Assembly (NCBI GenBank): GCA_051251915.1
Contig: JBPOGF010000019.1
Location: 36,126 to 100,125, forward strand
DNA: 64,000 bases
Origin: Akkermansiaceae bacterium
Lineage (GTDB): Bacteria; Verrucomicrobiota; Verrucomicrobiia; Verrucomicrobiales; Akkermansiaceae
Reading direction: 5' to 3'
A model generated the notes under the pieces. That model was not told where the DNA came from. It saw only the letters and a program-made list of their open reading frames with translations, and searched no databases. Positions 20,143-29,813 of this stretch are shown piece after piece; the first letter of the stretch is position 1; each line of letters opens with the position of its first letter. A program made the position numbers and the translations under genes.

Positions 20143-21261
20143 TTATTCTGGTGCTGTGGGTTGGATGACGACAGGTCCTTTGCCTCTGGTAATGAGAGCT
20201 ATTTGTTTAGAGATAGGGTTAAGAATACAGATTTGATCGTCGCCGAGTTGGAAGACGACGAGATCTCCTGGTAGCTGGGTTGCGTTACGTATTGGCCATG
20301 CGACGAAGGGGGTTTCTAGGGAGTAGTTGATGTGTTTTCCTGATTTTTTATTTTCACCTGAGATTCCTTGAACGGGCCAAAACCCAGTGTTGAATTCCCA
20401 TTCGGATGTTTCAGATAGTGAGGGGATAGCTCCAAAATCGGTAGTTTCTCCATGGATGTTATTGGTGAAATGTCCAGCGGGGGTTTTTATTTTGGCTGGA
20501 TTTTTAGTGATAGATTCTAGTAGCAAAATCTTGAGGTCTTCGCCATGGATGGGAGATCGCTTCAGTAGTATGAGGTCAAATTTTGAGTCTTCGTTTTCGC
20601 TTAGAAAAAGTCGGTCGTAAGGGTTAGGTGCATCAGCTTTGAGCTTTGTTATTTTCTTTTTAGAGTGAGGGGAGTGTAGATCCAGGCGGATCAGTTGGTC
20701 ACCCTCTGGTGATAGGTAGTAGAGGTGACAGGGTGCTGGTGTGATAAGTTCTTTATGGTTTACAACATCGAGCTGGGTCATCATAGAGGTTCCACTTGCT
20801 AGCCCGTACCAAACGAGGAGGATGAGGTAGCTGATGCCGTGGATAATTAAAATTCCTTTGGTTCTGCTTTTGAGTGAGGTTGCTTTTTTACGAAGTGCGT
20901 ATTTATAGAATGGGTATTCGATGAGTATGGTGACTACGAAAGCGGTGAAGATGTATACGAAGAACCATATACTGATGTTTTCAATCGTGATGCCGAGTGC
21001 GTCAGGAATAGCTCCTGCGAATAAGAGCGCACCAGTCCATGCTGAAAGGTAGTTAGCTAAAATAAGGATGGTGATGGACTGCCAAATCGAGCACCTGAAC
21101 ATCCAAGCTAGTAAGAGTCCTTCTAGTAGGCCAATGAGGGCATTTCCAAATAGGAGATGAAGGAAAGTAGCCCACATCAATGGTGTGCCTGCATTTGCAG
21201 ATGCTGTGCATGGTAGGAATACGAGCAGGAGCAGGGGGATGAGGTAGCGAGGTTGATTCAT
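20143..21261 (-). CDS. Hypothetical membrane protein (N-terminal TM bundle, soluble C-terminal domain)
   Basis: About five hydrophobic segments in the first 155 aa. Confidence 0.7.
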   Translation of the reverse strand: MNQPRYLIPLLLLVFLPCTASANAGTPLMWATFLHLLFGNALIGLLEGLLLAWMFRCSIWQSITILILANYLSAWTGALLFAGAIPDALGITIENISIWFFVYIFTAFVVTILIEYPFYKYALRKKATSLKSRTKGILIIHGISYLILLVWYGLASGTSMMTQLDVVNHKELITPAPCHLYYLSPEGDQLIRLDLHSPHSKKKITKLKADAPNPYDRLFLSENEDSKFDLILLKRSPIHGEDLKILLLESITKNPAKIKTPAGHFTNNIHGETTDFGAIPSLSETSEWEFNTGFWPVQGISGENKKSGKHINYSLETPFVAWPIRNATQLPGDLVVFQLGDDQICILNPISKQIALITRGKGPVVIQPTAPE

Positions 21262-21274
21262 GGGAGGATGAATC

Positions 21275-21868
21275 TCATCCCTTCAGCAGACTTTTATTGT
21301 TCCAGAGGTAGTTCCAGCCGGAGATGAGGGTGAGGGCTATGGCTCCCCATAGGGTGATGGGCATGAGGTAGCTTTCTGGTTTGGAGAGGGTGAAAAGGAA
21401 CTCGGTAAACCAGTTGTGGTTTTCGATTTGTTTGAAGGCGATGAAGGTGAGGCAGGTGATGATGAAGGTGAGCTGGAAGGTGGTTTTCCATTTGCCGAGT
21501 CTGTCTGCGGCGATGACGACGCCTTGTTCGACGGCGATTTGGCGGAGGCCGGTGACCATGAATTCTCTGCCGATGATGGCGCAGGTGACCCAGACGGGGC
21601 AGAGGCCTTTGGAGTTGAGGTTGGAGCTGAGGTAGATGAATCCAGCGGCGACTAGGATTTTATCAGCGAGGGGGTCGAGGAGTTTTCCTAGTGAGGTGAC
21701 GAGGTTGAGCTTGCGTGCGAGGTAGCCATCGACCCAGTCCGAAGCGGCGGCTATGATGAAGCTTATTAAAGCGAGAATGTTCGCCCATGGTTGCTGCATG
21801 GTGATGGCTGCGATAAAGACGGCAGTGAGGACGAGTCGGAAAGCGGTGATGGAGTTAGGAATATTCAC
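21275..21868 (-). CDS. pgsA: CDP-diacylglycerol--glycerol-3-phosphate 3-phosphatidyltransferase
   Basis: NIPNSIT..R, DWVDGYLAR...GKLLDPLADK, REFMVTGLR, GKWKT. Confidence 0.95.
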   Translation of the reverse strand: MNIPNSITAFRLVLTAVFIAAITMQQPWANILALISFIIAAASDWVDGYLARKLNLVTSLGKLLDPLADKILVAAGFIYLSSNLNSKGLCPVWVTCAIIGREFMVTGLRQIAVEQGVVIAADRLGKWKTTFQLTFIITCLTFIAFKQIENHNWFTEFLFTLSKPESYLMPITLWGAIALTLISGWNYLWNNKSLLKG

Positions 21869-22058
21869 GGTTACTATCTGGAGTGTGCATAGTTTGTGGC
21901 TTTGATCAACTTCTCGTTAGTGAAAATGATGTTTATTAGCGAGTTAACTGGAAAATAGTAAATGAGATTGACGCAAGTTCTCGTTGCGTAAATGGAAACT
22001 TTGTTGATAATGCCGCCACAGACGAACGGTAAATCAACAATTTGCAACCAAAAAAAAT

Positions 22059-23492
22059 ATGAGTAAAAGCGACTTCGGCCTAATCGGCCTAGCAGTAATG
22101 GGACAGAATCTAGTTCTCAATGTAGAGAGCAGAGGCTTCCAAGTGTCCGTGTATAACCGCACGACTTCAGTGACAGATGAATTCATCGCTGAAAATCCAG
22201 ATAAAAATCTAGTGGGCGCGAAGACGCTTGAGGAATTTGTAGATAGCTTAGCGACTCCACGCAAGATCCAGATTATGGTGAAGGCAGGTGGACCGGTGGA
22301 TGCAGTGATTGAGTCACTCATTCCGCTTCTTGATCAAGACGATATCATCATTGATGGTGGTAACACTCTTTACACAGATACTGAGCGTAGAGAGAAGTAT
22401 CTCTCAGAGAAGGGCTTCCGTTTCATCGGGGCTGGTGTTTCTGGTGGAGAAGAAGGTGCGCTGAAAGGCCCATCAATCATGCCTGGTGGCCCTGAGAGCA
22501 CATGGGAAGTGATGCAGCCAATCTTTGAAGCTATTTCAGCTAAGGTTGACGGTGTTCCTTGTGTGACACACATTGGAGAAGGTGGCGCAGGTCATTTTGT
22601 GAAGATGGTTCACAATGGTATTGAGTATGGTGACATGCAGTTGATCTGTGAGGCATACAACATTTTTAAAGCAGCTGGCTTCAGCAATGAAGAGCAAGCG
22701 GCTATTTTTGCTGACTGGAACGAGGGAGACTTGGAGTCATTCTTGATCGAGATCACAGCTAATATCTTTAAGCAGAAGGATCCTGAGACAGGTAAAGACA
22801 TCGTTGATCTGATCGTTGACAAAGCGGGTCAAAAAGGAACTGGTCGCTGGACTGTAATGGGATCAGTGGAGCAGGCGGTGCCATTCTCAACGATCGCAGG
22901 ATCTGTTGAAGCACGTATTCTTTCATCACTCAGAGACCAGCGCAAGGTGGCTTCTGGTGTGCTTGAGGGACCTGACAACTGGTCATTTGAGCTTAAGGGG
23001 ATGAGCAAGGAAGATCTTGTGAAGAAGGTGCGTAATGCGCTTTATGCTTCTAAGATTGTTTCTTATGCTCAGGGCCTTGATCTTATTTCTAAGGTAGGAG
23101 CTGATAAGGGCTGGGAGCTTGATCTCGGTGCGATTGCTCGTATCTGGAGAGGTGGTTGCATCATCCGTGCACGTTTCCTTAACCGTATCACAGAGGCATA
23201 TGAAGGTGCTGATAAGCCGACTAACTTAATGCTAGCTCCATTCTTTACTGAGATTCTTAACTCTGGTCAGCAAGACTGGCGTGAGGTGGTGGCTCTTGCG
23301 GCTACAAATGGGATTCCTGTTCCATCATTTGGTGGATCACTTAGCTACTATGACGCATACCGCGCGGAGAGACTTCCAGCGAACTTGCTTCAGGCGCAGC
23401 GTGATTTCTTCGGTGCTCACACATACGAGCGAGTTGATAAGCCTGAAGGTGAGTTTTTCCACACGGAAGACTGGCCGGATCTGATTTCATAA
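22059..23492 (+). CDS. gndA: 6-phosphogluconate dehydrogenase, NADP-dependent
   Basis: GLAVMGQNL, GVSGGEEGA, KMVHNGIEYGDMQ, QAQRDFFGAHTY. Confidence 0.98.
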   Translation: MSKSDFGLIGLAVMGQNLVLNVESRGFQVSVYNRTTSVTDEFIAENPDKNLVGAKTLEEFVDSLATPRKIQIMVKAGGPVDAVIESLIPLLDQDDIIIDGGNTLYTDTERREKYLSEKGFRFIGAGVSGGEEGALKGPSIMPGGPESTWEVMQPIFEAISAKVDGVPCVTHIGEGGAGHFVKMVHNGIEYGDMQLICEAYNIFKAAGFSNEEQAAIFADWNEGDLESFLIEITANIFKQKDPETGKDIVDLIVDKAGQKGTGRWTVMGSVEQAVPFSTIAGSVEARILSSLRDQRKVASGVLEGPDNWSFELKGMSKEDLVKKVRNALYASKIVSYAQGLDLISKVGADKGWELDLGAIARIWRGGCIIRARFLNRITEAYEGADKPTNLMLAPFFTEILNSGQQDWREVVALAATNGIPVPSFGGSLSYYDAYRAERLPANLLQAQRDFFGAHTYERVDKPEGEFFHTEDWPDLIS

Positions 23493-23541
23493 TCTCTGAT
23501 TTCAAATAGGAAGTTGCCAGTGTGCAATTTCTGATGTTAAG

Positions 23542-23577
23542 TAACCCGTCTTGGTTTTCCGAGGCGGGTTATTTTTT
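23542..23577 (+). terminator. Intrinsic terminator
   Basis: TAACCCGTCTTGG-TTTT-CCGAGGCGGGTTA followed by TTTTTT. Confidence 0.85.
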
Positions 23578-23585
23578 ACATCAAC

Positions 23586-25001
23586 ATGCTTATGAAACAT
23601 ATTATTTCTAAAATTCTTTTGTCGTCTGTTCTTCTGAGTGCTTCGCTGCGTGGTGAGGCTCCTTATTTTGCTAGTGGGATAAAGGTGGGGGAGGTGGATC
23701 AGGATTCTGCGATTGTGTGGATGAGGTTGACGGAGGAGAAGGAGGCTGATTTTGGTAAGTTACCGATTTTTACTGAGGGGCTGAAGTTAAGAGAGAAGGA
23801 TAAGAACCAAGCGGAAATGCCGGTGGGAGTGGTTCCTGGGGCAGCTGGTGAGGGGAGAGTGGTGTATTGGAAAAAGGGGGCTGGGGATGTTAAGTTTGAG
23901 ACAGAGTGGGTGGAGGTGACGGAGGAGCGAGATTTTTCTCATCAATTTGAGCTTGAGGGATTGGAGGCGAATGTGAGGTATGAACTTGTGGTGGAGGCTC
24001 GTAAGGGTGATGATGAGGTGAGCACGGCTATTACGGGAGGTTTCAAGACGGCTCCTGCGAGTGAGCAGGTGGTGCCGGTATCATTTATTGTGACGACCTG
24101 TCAGGCAGTTAGAAGTATTGATTCAGGTAAAGAAGGGCATATTGCCTACAAGCATATGTTAGATTATAATCCTGATTTCTTTGTGCATACTGGAGACATT
24201 CTTTACTATGATAAAGCTCCGATTTGTAAGAATGTGGAGCAGGCGCGAGCGAAGTGGGACTTGATGTTTTCTTATGGGTATAACCGTGAGTTTCATCGGT
24301 TTGTGAGTTCTTATTTCATGAAGGATGATCATGATACTCTGAAGGATGATGCTTATCCGGGGATGATTTATGGTGATCTAACATTTGAGAAGGGATTGGA
24401 GATTTTTCGGGAGCAGGTGCCTATGGGGGATAAGACGTATCGGACGATTCGCTGGGGGAAGGATGTGCAGGTTTGGCTGACTGAGAATAGAGATTTTAGG
24501 TCAAAGAATTTTATTAAGGATGGACCAGAGAAAACGATTCTAGGTGAGGAGCAGAAGGCTTGGTTGAAGAAAACGATCGAGGACTCTGATGCGACTTATA
24601 AATTTATTATTACGCCTGGGCCGATGGTGGGGCCGGATAAGAAGGGGAAGACGGATAACCATTCTAACGCTGCGTTTGCTCATGAAGGTCAGGAGTTGCG
24701 GGACTTTGTAGCTGAGCAGAAAAACTTGTATGTTATCTGTGGTGATAGGCACTGGCAGTATTGTTCTAAGGACCCGAAGACTGGAGTGTTAGAGATGGGG
24801 TGTGGGCCGATTAATGATCAACATATTTTTGGAGGTAGCTCTGGCGAAAATGTTAAGTTTCATCGTTACTTCAGTGAAAAGGGAGGGTTTCTTGCGATCA
24901 CTGTGGTAGACGGTAAGGCGAAGGCTGAGTGGTATACTTCGAGTGATGTGGATGCCGCTGGTAAGCCAAAGGTTGGCTATACTGAGCAACTTGGAGAGTA
25001 G
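23586..25001 (+). CDS. phoD: Alkaline phosphatase D (PhoD-like) metallophosphatase
   Basis: GIKVGEV..DSAIVW.R, HTGDILYYD, KDDHD, ENRDFRS, ILGEEQKAWL, CGDRHWQY. Confidence 0.85.
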   Translation: MLMKHIISKILLSSVLLSASLRGEAPYFASGIKVGEVDQDSAIVWMRLTEEKEADFGKLPIFTEGLKLREKDKNQAEMPVGVVPGAAGEGRVVYWKKGAGDVKFETEWVEVTEERDFSHQFELEGLEANVRYELVVEARKGDDEVSTAITGGFKTAPASEQVVPVSFIVTTCQAVRSIDSGKEGHIAYKHMLDYNPDFFVHTGDILYYDKAPICKNVEQARAKWDLMFSYGYNREFHRFVSSYFMKDDHDTLKDDAYPGMIYGDLTFEKGLEIFREQVPMGDKTYRTIRWGKDVQVWLTENRDFRSKNFIKDGPEKTILGEEQKAWLKKTIEDSDATYKFIITPGPMVGPDKKGKTDNHSNAAFAHEGQELRDFVAEQKNLYVICGDRHWQYCSKDPKTGVLEMGCGPINDQHIFGGSSGENVKFHRYFSEKGGFLAITVVDGKAKAEWYTSSDVDAAGKPKVGYTEQLGE

Positions 25002-25013
25002 AGTTGTGAGAGG

Positions 25014-26456
25014 TTAGGTTCCGCAGAATGTTTGCGTTACGCGCTCGTGAGGTAGGGGAGCTCGTTCAAGGTCACGATAATCGGGGTTCTCTGCAAAGGG
25101 TGTTTTCCATGCTTTGTAGAGGCGGTGGAATAGGGTGTAGTCTCCTTTGTAGGCTTGCTGGATGGCGGCTTCTACTTGGTGGTTTCTGGGGATGAGTATG
25201 GGGTTGGTATGGCGCATGGCTGGAATTTTATCTTGGTCGAGATGGCTGCGCCAGTCTTCTAGCCAAGTGGTGCATACCTCAGGATCAGCGAAGAGTTTTT
25301 CGAGTTCTGCGGCGGTGATGTCTTCGTTGGATAGTTGGGTGAGTGTTCTGAAGAAGAGGGTGTAGTCGACTTGTTGGTCTGCTAGGATGCTGAGTGAATT
25401 TTGGATGAATTCGATGGGGGTTTCATTTGTAAGAGAGAATTTTGCTCTGTAGATGCGGTGGTAGTGTTCGATGAATTGTTCGGAGAATGCTTCGAGTGCT
25501 GTTTCTGCCAGTTTCATTGAGGTGTCGTGGTCAGGGTCGATTTGGGGGATTAGGGTTTCTGCTAGTCTGGTGAGGTTCCAGTGGGCGATGGAGACTTGGT
25601 TTCCCCAAGCGTAGCGTGCATCGCGATCGATGGCGCTAAAGACGCAGTTGGGGTGGAAGTCGTCCATGAAGGCGCAGGGGCCGTAGTCGATGGTCTCGCC
25701 TGAGATGGAGCTGTTGTCGGTATTCATGACGCCATGGATGAAGCCGATGGACATCCACTGAGCTACGAGTTGAGCTTGTGCGCTGATGACTTGTTCGAGT
25801 AAGGTGAGGGCGGGGGAGTGTGAGATTTCGACATCGGAACAGTGTCTTGCTAAGGCAAAATCTGTTAGAGTTTTTATGGCCTCGGTATCACGCTGTGCGG
25901 CGAAGTATTGGAAGGTGCCGACGCGGAGATGACTGGATGCGACGCGCGTGAAGATGGCGCCGTCTAGTGGTTCCTCGCGGATGACTTTTTCTCCAGTAGT
26001 CACGGCAGCGAGTGCGCGGGTGGTGGGGATACCGAGCGCGTGCATGGCTTCGCTCATGAGGAATTCGCGAATGACTGGGCCGAGGGCAGCTTTGCCATCG
26101 CCGCCGCGGGAATAGGTTGTCCTTCCTGAGCCTTTGAGCTGGATGTCTTTTCGGTTGCCGTGCTGGTCTATGACTTCGCCTAACAGATTGGCTCTGCCGT
26201 CGCCAAGACGGGGTGAGAAGCCGCCGAACTGATGACCTGCGTAGATTTGTGCTAGAGGCTCGGAGCCTGTCGCGATTTTATTTCCTGAGAGGACGGCAAT
26301 GCCTTCATCGGATTTTAGCCAATCGGGATCGATTCCAAGATCGCGAGCTAGTTCATCGTTCACTGCGATGAGTGTGGGTGCTGGGACTTTGGATGGATCT
26401 ATGCGTTGGTAAAAATGTTCAGGTAATTTTACGTAAGTGTTAGAAAAGGGGATCAT
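25014..26456 (-). CDS. selO: Protein adenylyltransferase SelO (YdiU family)
   Basis: YAGHQFG, LGDGRA, QLKGSG.T.YSRGGDG, GFIHGVMNTDN.SISGETIDYGP, C-terminal TFCGT. Confidence 0.95.
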   Translation of the reverse strand: MIPFSNTYVKLPEHFYQRIDPSKVPAPTLIAVNDELARDLGIDPDWLKSDEGIAVLSGNKIATGSEPLAQIYAGHQFGGFSPRLGDGRANLLGEVIDQHGNRKDIQLKGSGRTTYSRGGDGKAALGPVIREFLMSEAMHALGIPTTRALAAVTTGEKVIREEPLDGAIFTRVASSHLRVGTFQYFAAQRDTEAIKTLTDFALARHCSDVEISHSPALTLLEQVISAQAQLVAQWMSIGFIHGVMNTDNSSISGETIDYGPCAFMDDFHPNCVFSAIDRDARYAWGNQVSIAHWNLTRLAETLIPQIDPDHDTSMKLAETALEAFSEQFIEHYHRIYRAKFSLTNETPIEFIQNSLSILADQQVDYTLFFRTLTQLSNEDITAAELEKLFADPEVCTTWLEDWRSHLDQDKIPAMRHTNPILIPRNHQVEAAIQQAYKGDYTLFHRLYKAWKTPFAENPDYRDLERAPLPHERVTQTFCGT

Positions 26457-26465
26457 GGTGTGTGT

Positions 26466-27497
26466 TTATTTGACGTGTGTAAGTTCACAGGCATGGGCTG
26501 AAAATCCAGCTCCGAATCCACACATCCAGAGGTGTTGTTCATCGGTGGCTTGGTCTAGAAATAATTCTAGGGCTACCATTACGCTGGGGCTGCTTAGGTT
26601 GCCGTATTTTCTCATGACTTCTCGCGCGTAGCTGAGGTCATCGATTTCTAGTGCTTCTTCTAAGGCTAGAATGACGTCTCGTCCGCCTCCGTGTGTGACG
26701 ATGGCTGAATTCTTCTCACTGCGTTTTTCATACAATTGCTTCACTACGTTGGCTGCGAGTTCAGGGACGTTTCGGTCGAGCTGGTTGCGGAGTTTTCCTT
26801 CGGCGTTGGTGAATCTGATCATTTCGCGGCTCTCGGGAGCATGGATAGCGTTGAAGTTTCCGATGCTCCAGTTGCCTTCATTTCTGTAGTCACCCGACCA
26901 GATGGCAGCGCTGGCGCCGTCACCGAAGATGCAGGTGCTGATTAGGACGCCGGCATCGTCTTCGATGTAAAATGCGGCGGAGCAAATTTCGACGGCTACG
27001 GTCAGTACACGGGCTTCTGTGTGGAGTGCGGTGTAGCCAGTTGCTGCTTCTAGCATGGGGATGGCTGCGCCACAACCTAGGCCTGTTAGATCTTGGAGGT
27101 AAGTATTTTTGCGCATCCCAAGACGTTCTGCGAGATAGCTGCTGACTCCGGGGCAGAGGTAGCCTGTGCAGGTGCAGACGAAGAGTGCGTCAATGTTAGA
27201 GATGTTTAGATTGGTTTTTTCTAGTGCTTCGTTGACTGCATTTTCAGCAATGGCTGGTGCGGTTTTCTCGTAATACTGATTAAGTTCTTGGGCGTCTCGT
27301 TTCCAGGCTTCTGTTAGGTTTGTGAGGGCGAATCTTCTTTCTTCGATACCGCCTTCGCTCTGGAGAACTTTTTCTAACAGACGGCGTGATCCTACTTTTA
27401 ACTCACTCCAAAACTCAGCTTGGCGCATTGCATCAAGGCATTGTTGCTGAGTATAGTGGTGCTCGGGAAATCCGCTGGCAATAGAAATTAATTTCAT
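26466..27497 (-). CDS. Type III polyketide synthase (chalcone/stilbene synthase family)
   Basis: Cys-His-Asn triad in GLGCGA, THGGG and YGNLSS; also CTCTG..CPG, VEICS, FGDGASA, GFGAG. Confidence 0.93.
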   Translation of the reverse strand: MKLISIASGFPEHHYTQQQCLDAMRQAEFWSELKVGSRRLLEKVLQSEGGIEERRFALTNLTEAWKRDAQELNQYYEKTAPAIAENAVNEALEKTNLNISNIDALFVCTCTGYLCPGVSSYLAERLGMRKNTYLQDLTGLGCGAAIPMLEAATGYTALHTEARVLTVAVEICSAAFYIEDDAGVLISTCIFGDGASAAIWSGDYRNEGNWSIGNFNAIHAPESREMIRFTNAEGKLRNQLDRNVPELAANVVKQLYEKRSEKNSAIVTHGGGRDVILALEEALEIDDLSYAREVMRKYGNLSSPSVMVALELFLDQATDEQHLWMCGFGAGFSAHACELTHVK

Positions 27498-27553
27498 CTC
27501 CCGTTAGGTTAGGGGCATGAGCATCACAAACAAGGTTTATTCTGGGCGGATAG

Positions 27554-28624
27554 TTAACGTAGTAAACGGAAAAGGGTATGGAAGGGGATGAGCTTGAATT
27601 TGGCTAGAGTGCTGAGAATCCATCTTCCGGAGGAGTGGAAGAAGAATGGGTGGAGCCAACGTGCTGCGATGAGACGCTTGCGGAATGTTTTGCGGAGTTT
27701 GTGGAGGTAAGTTTTTAGGACTGAGTCCCAGTCAGCATTGGCTTCTCCGTGACAGTAGGGGAGGAGTGATTGGCCGGCTAGGAGGGCGCTCTCTAGTGCG
27801 ATGCTCATGCCGTTTCCTGTGAATGGGGGGATGAGGAGGGCTGCGTCACCGATGGGCATTAGGCGTTGTTGGTTGTTTGCTAGGATGTTCTGGTGACCCA
27901 TGGAGAACCCGGCTACTGCGGAGAATGAGCCTGCTACTATGTCTGCTTTATCTAGGCGCTGGACGAGATTGTTTAGGCCGAGAGATATGAGGTAGGCGCG
28001 TAGTTTTTCTTCTCCTTTACCGCTAACGCCTTTATTGACTTCAAAGAGGCCGCAGACGTTGACTTTACCGTCTTCGATGGGGGAAAGGCCTAGGTAACCA
28101 CCTTTGGCTGAGCTGGCTCCGGTGTGCATTTCTAGGCCTTGGATGTTTAGGCCTGTGACGTGTAGTTTTATTCCTAGCCATCGGTGAGTGTCGGTTCCTT
28201 TGCCCTGCTTTTCTTTACCGCACGCCCAGACGGTTCCTTCGGGTTGGTCATGGAGGTAGCTTGATTTGTCCGCTCGTTGTTTTTGGATGATTCCGCCTAA
28301 GTTTCGGAATCGTTTTTGTAATGCATCGTCTAGGAGGAATCTGGAAATTCCCATACCGTGTCGGGGGAGTTTTCTATCGAGGAGTTTTTTGTTGGCGATG
28401 TGCCATTGGATTGTTTCGACTGATTTTGCGTGTTCGAAGAGATCTAGGATTCCGAGTTCGGCGAGTGTTTCATTTTCCACTCCACAGATGAATTCACCGC
28501 AGACTTTATGGCGAGGATAGTTGCCTTGTTCGATGATGGTGACTTTGACGTCATGCTTTCTCAGAAAGCAGCCGAGGGCCAAACCGGATAAGCCGCCGCC
28601 AATGATAGTGATAGGGCGGTTCAT
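27554..28624 (-). CDS. FAD-dependent oxidoreductase (geranylgeranyl reductase/monooxygenase-like)
   Basis: IIGGGLSG, YPRHKVCGEF, IGDAA.LIPPFTGNGMSIA. Confidence 0.88.
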   Translation of the reverse strand: MNRPITIIGGGLSGLALGCFLRKHDVKVTIIEQGNYPRHKVCGEFICGVENETLAELGILDLFEHAKSVETIQWHIANKKLLDRKLPRHGMGISRFLLDDALQKRFRNLGGIIQKQRADKSSYLHDQPEGTVWACGKEKQGKGTDTHRWLGIKLHVTGLNIQGLEMHTGASSAKGGYLGLSPIEDGKVNVCGLFEVNKGVSGKGEEKLRAYLISLGLNNLVQRLDKADIVAGSFSAVAGFSMGHQNILANNQQRLMPIGDAALLIPPFTGNGMSIALESALLAGQSLLPYCHGEANADWDSVLKTYLHKLRKTFRKRLIAARWLHPFFFHSSGRWILSTLAKFKLIPFHTLFRLLR

Positions 28625-29250
28625 TTGACTTGTTTGGCGATAGAGCGTATTCCTCCGAGGCTGGCGCGTTCGTCCCAGTGCCAGTCGATGTCTAGTAGGC
28701 CGGCGAGCTCGCCGAAGCGGAAACCGGCATCGATGCTGACCATCATGTCGTGTTTGGTGATGCGGTTGATGACGGGATAGAGTAGGTAGCCTAAGAATTT
28801 GCTGAACCAGTAGCGATGTGGCTCGGCCATGATGATGGAGCGGCAGGGGGAAATTTTAGCACTGAGCTCCCAGAGGGCGTCTTCATCTAGGTGATGGATG
28901 AACAAATTAGCTACGACTACGGTGTTCTCATCGAAACAATCGCTTTTTAGGAGATCGCCGGTTTTCCAATTGATGTTTTGAGGGACATGGGCTGGGCGGT
29001 TTAGTAGATCACAGGCAATTACTTCGGTATCTGGGAATTTTTCTTTAATTTTGATGGCTAAATGTCCGTCTCCAGCACCTAATTCTACGATTGTATTAAG
29101 GTTTTCAATGGATTCTAGCTGCTCTAGAATCCATGATTCTCCTCGCATGAACCAGTTAATGAGCCTTAGGTCTTTTCTACTGCGGATTGCCGCTGGGTCA
29201 GTTGGGTCTAGGCTGTCTAAAATTTCTGGTTTTACTTCTCTTTCTGCCAT
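28621..29250 (-). CDS. SAM-dependent methyltransferase
   Basis: R...EILD, DLRLIN, VELGAGDG, NLFIHH, HD...SI.AGF; 4-bp overlap with the oxidoreductase gene. Confidence 0.85.
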   Translation of the reverse strand: MAEREVKPEILDSLDPTDPAAIRSRKDLRLINWFMRGESWILEQLESIENLNTIVELGAGDGHLAIKIKEKFPDTEVIACDLLNRPAHVPQNINWKTGDLLKSDCFDENTVVVANLFIHHLDEDALWELSAKISPCRSIIMAEPHRYWFSKFLGYLLYPVINRITKHDMMVSIDAGFRFGELAGLLDIDWHWDERASLGGIRSIAKQVK

Positions 29251-29383
29251 GTGTTGGGATATTAGTCGATGAACTGACTGAGTTCAATCGTTGATTTTCA
29301 ATAGGTTTCGTTAAAATGAAGTTTTTTTCACAAAAATAACGATTCGTTGCAACTTTTAGTGATTTGGAGTATTTAATAGGTGT

Positions 29384-29713
29384 ATGAAAATAAACAAACT
29401 AATAATTGTCGGGCTTAGCGCACTACTCGTTACAGCAACATCAGCAGTAGCTCAAGAAAAAGGAAAAGACAAAGGTAAGGACAGACCACCAAGAAAGACT
29501 TTTGAAGAACTAGATGCAGATAAAGACGGAAAAATTAGCGAAGCTGAGTTCGTAGCTGGAGCAAAAGACGCAGAGAGAGCGGCTAAGCATTTCGCAAAGA
29601 AAGATAAAGATGAAGATGGTTTCCTTTCTGAAGAAGAGTTCGCTAAAGGCGGCAGAGAAAAAGGAAAAGGTAAAGGTAAAGGCAAAGGACCTAAGAAGGA
29701 AAAAGCTGAATAA
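29384..29713 (+). CDS. Secreted EF-hand protein
   Basis: Signal peptide and two EF loops, DADKDGKISEAE and DKDEDGFLSEEE. Confidence 0.88.
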   Translation: MKINKLIIVGLSALLVTATSAVAQEKGKDKGKDRPPRKTFEELDADKDGKISEAEFVAGAKDAERAAKHFAKKDKDEDGFLSEEEFAKGGREKGKGKGKGKGPKKEKAE

Positions 29714-29748
29714 TCTTAAGGTTATTACTTAACATACTAACTTAATAT

Positions 29749-29786
29749 AAAATGCCTCAGAAGATATATTCTTCTGAGGCATTTTT
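29749..29786. terminator. Bidirectional intrinsic terminator
   Basis: AAAATGCCTCAGAAGA-TATAT-TCTTCTGAGGCATTTT between convergent genes. Confidence 0.88.
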
Positions 29787-29813
29787 GTGACTGAAAATTC
29801 AGTTTGGAAATGA

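Noticed and set aside
29659..29690. AAAGGN hexamer repeats
   Set aside because: They encode a Lys-Gly low-complexity tail with varied third positions, so not a contingency repeat.
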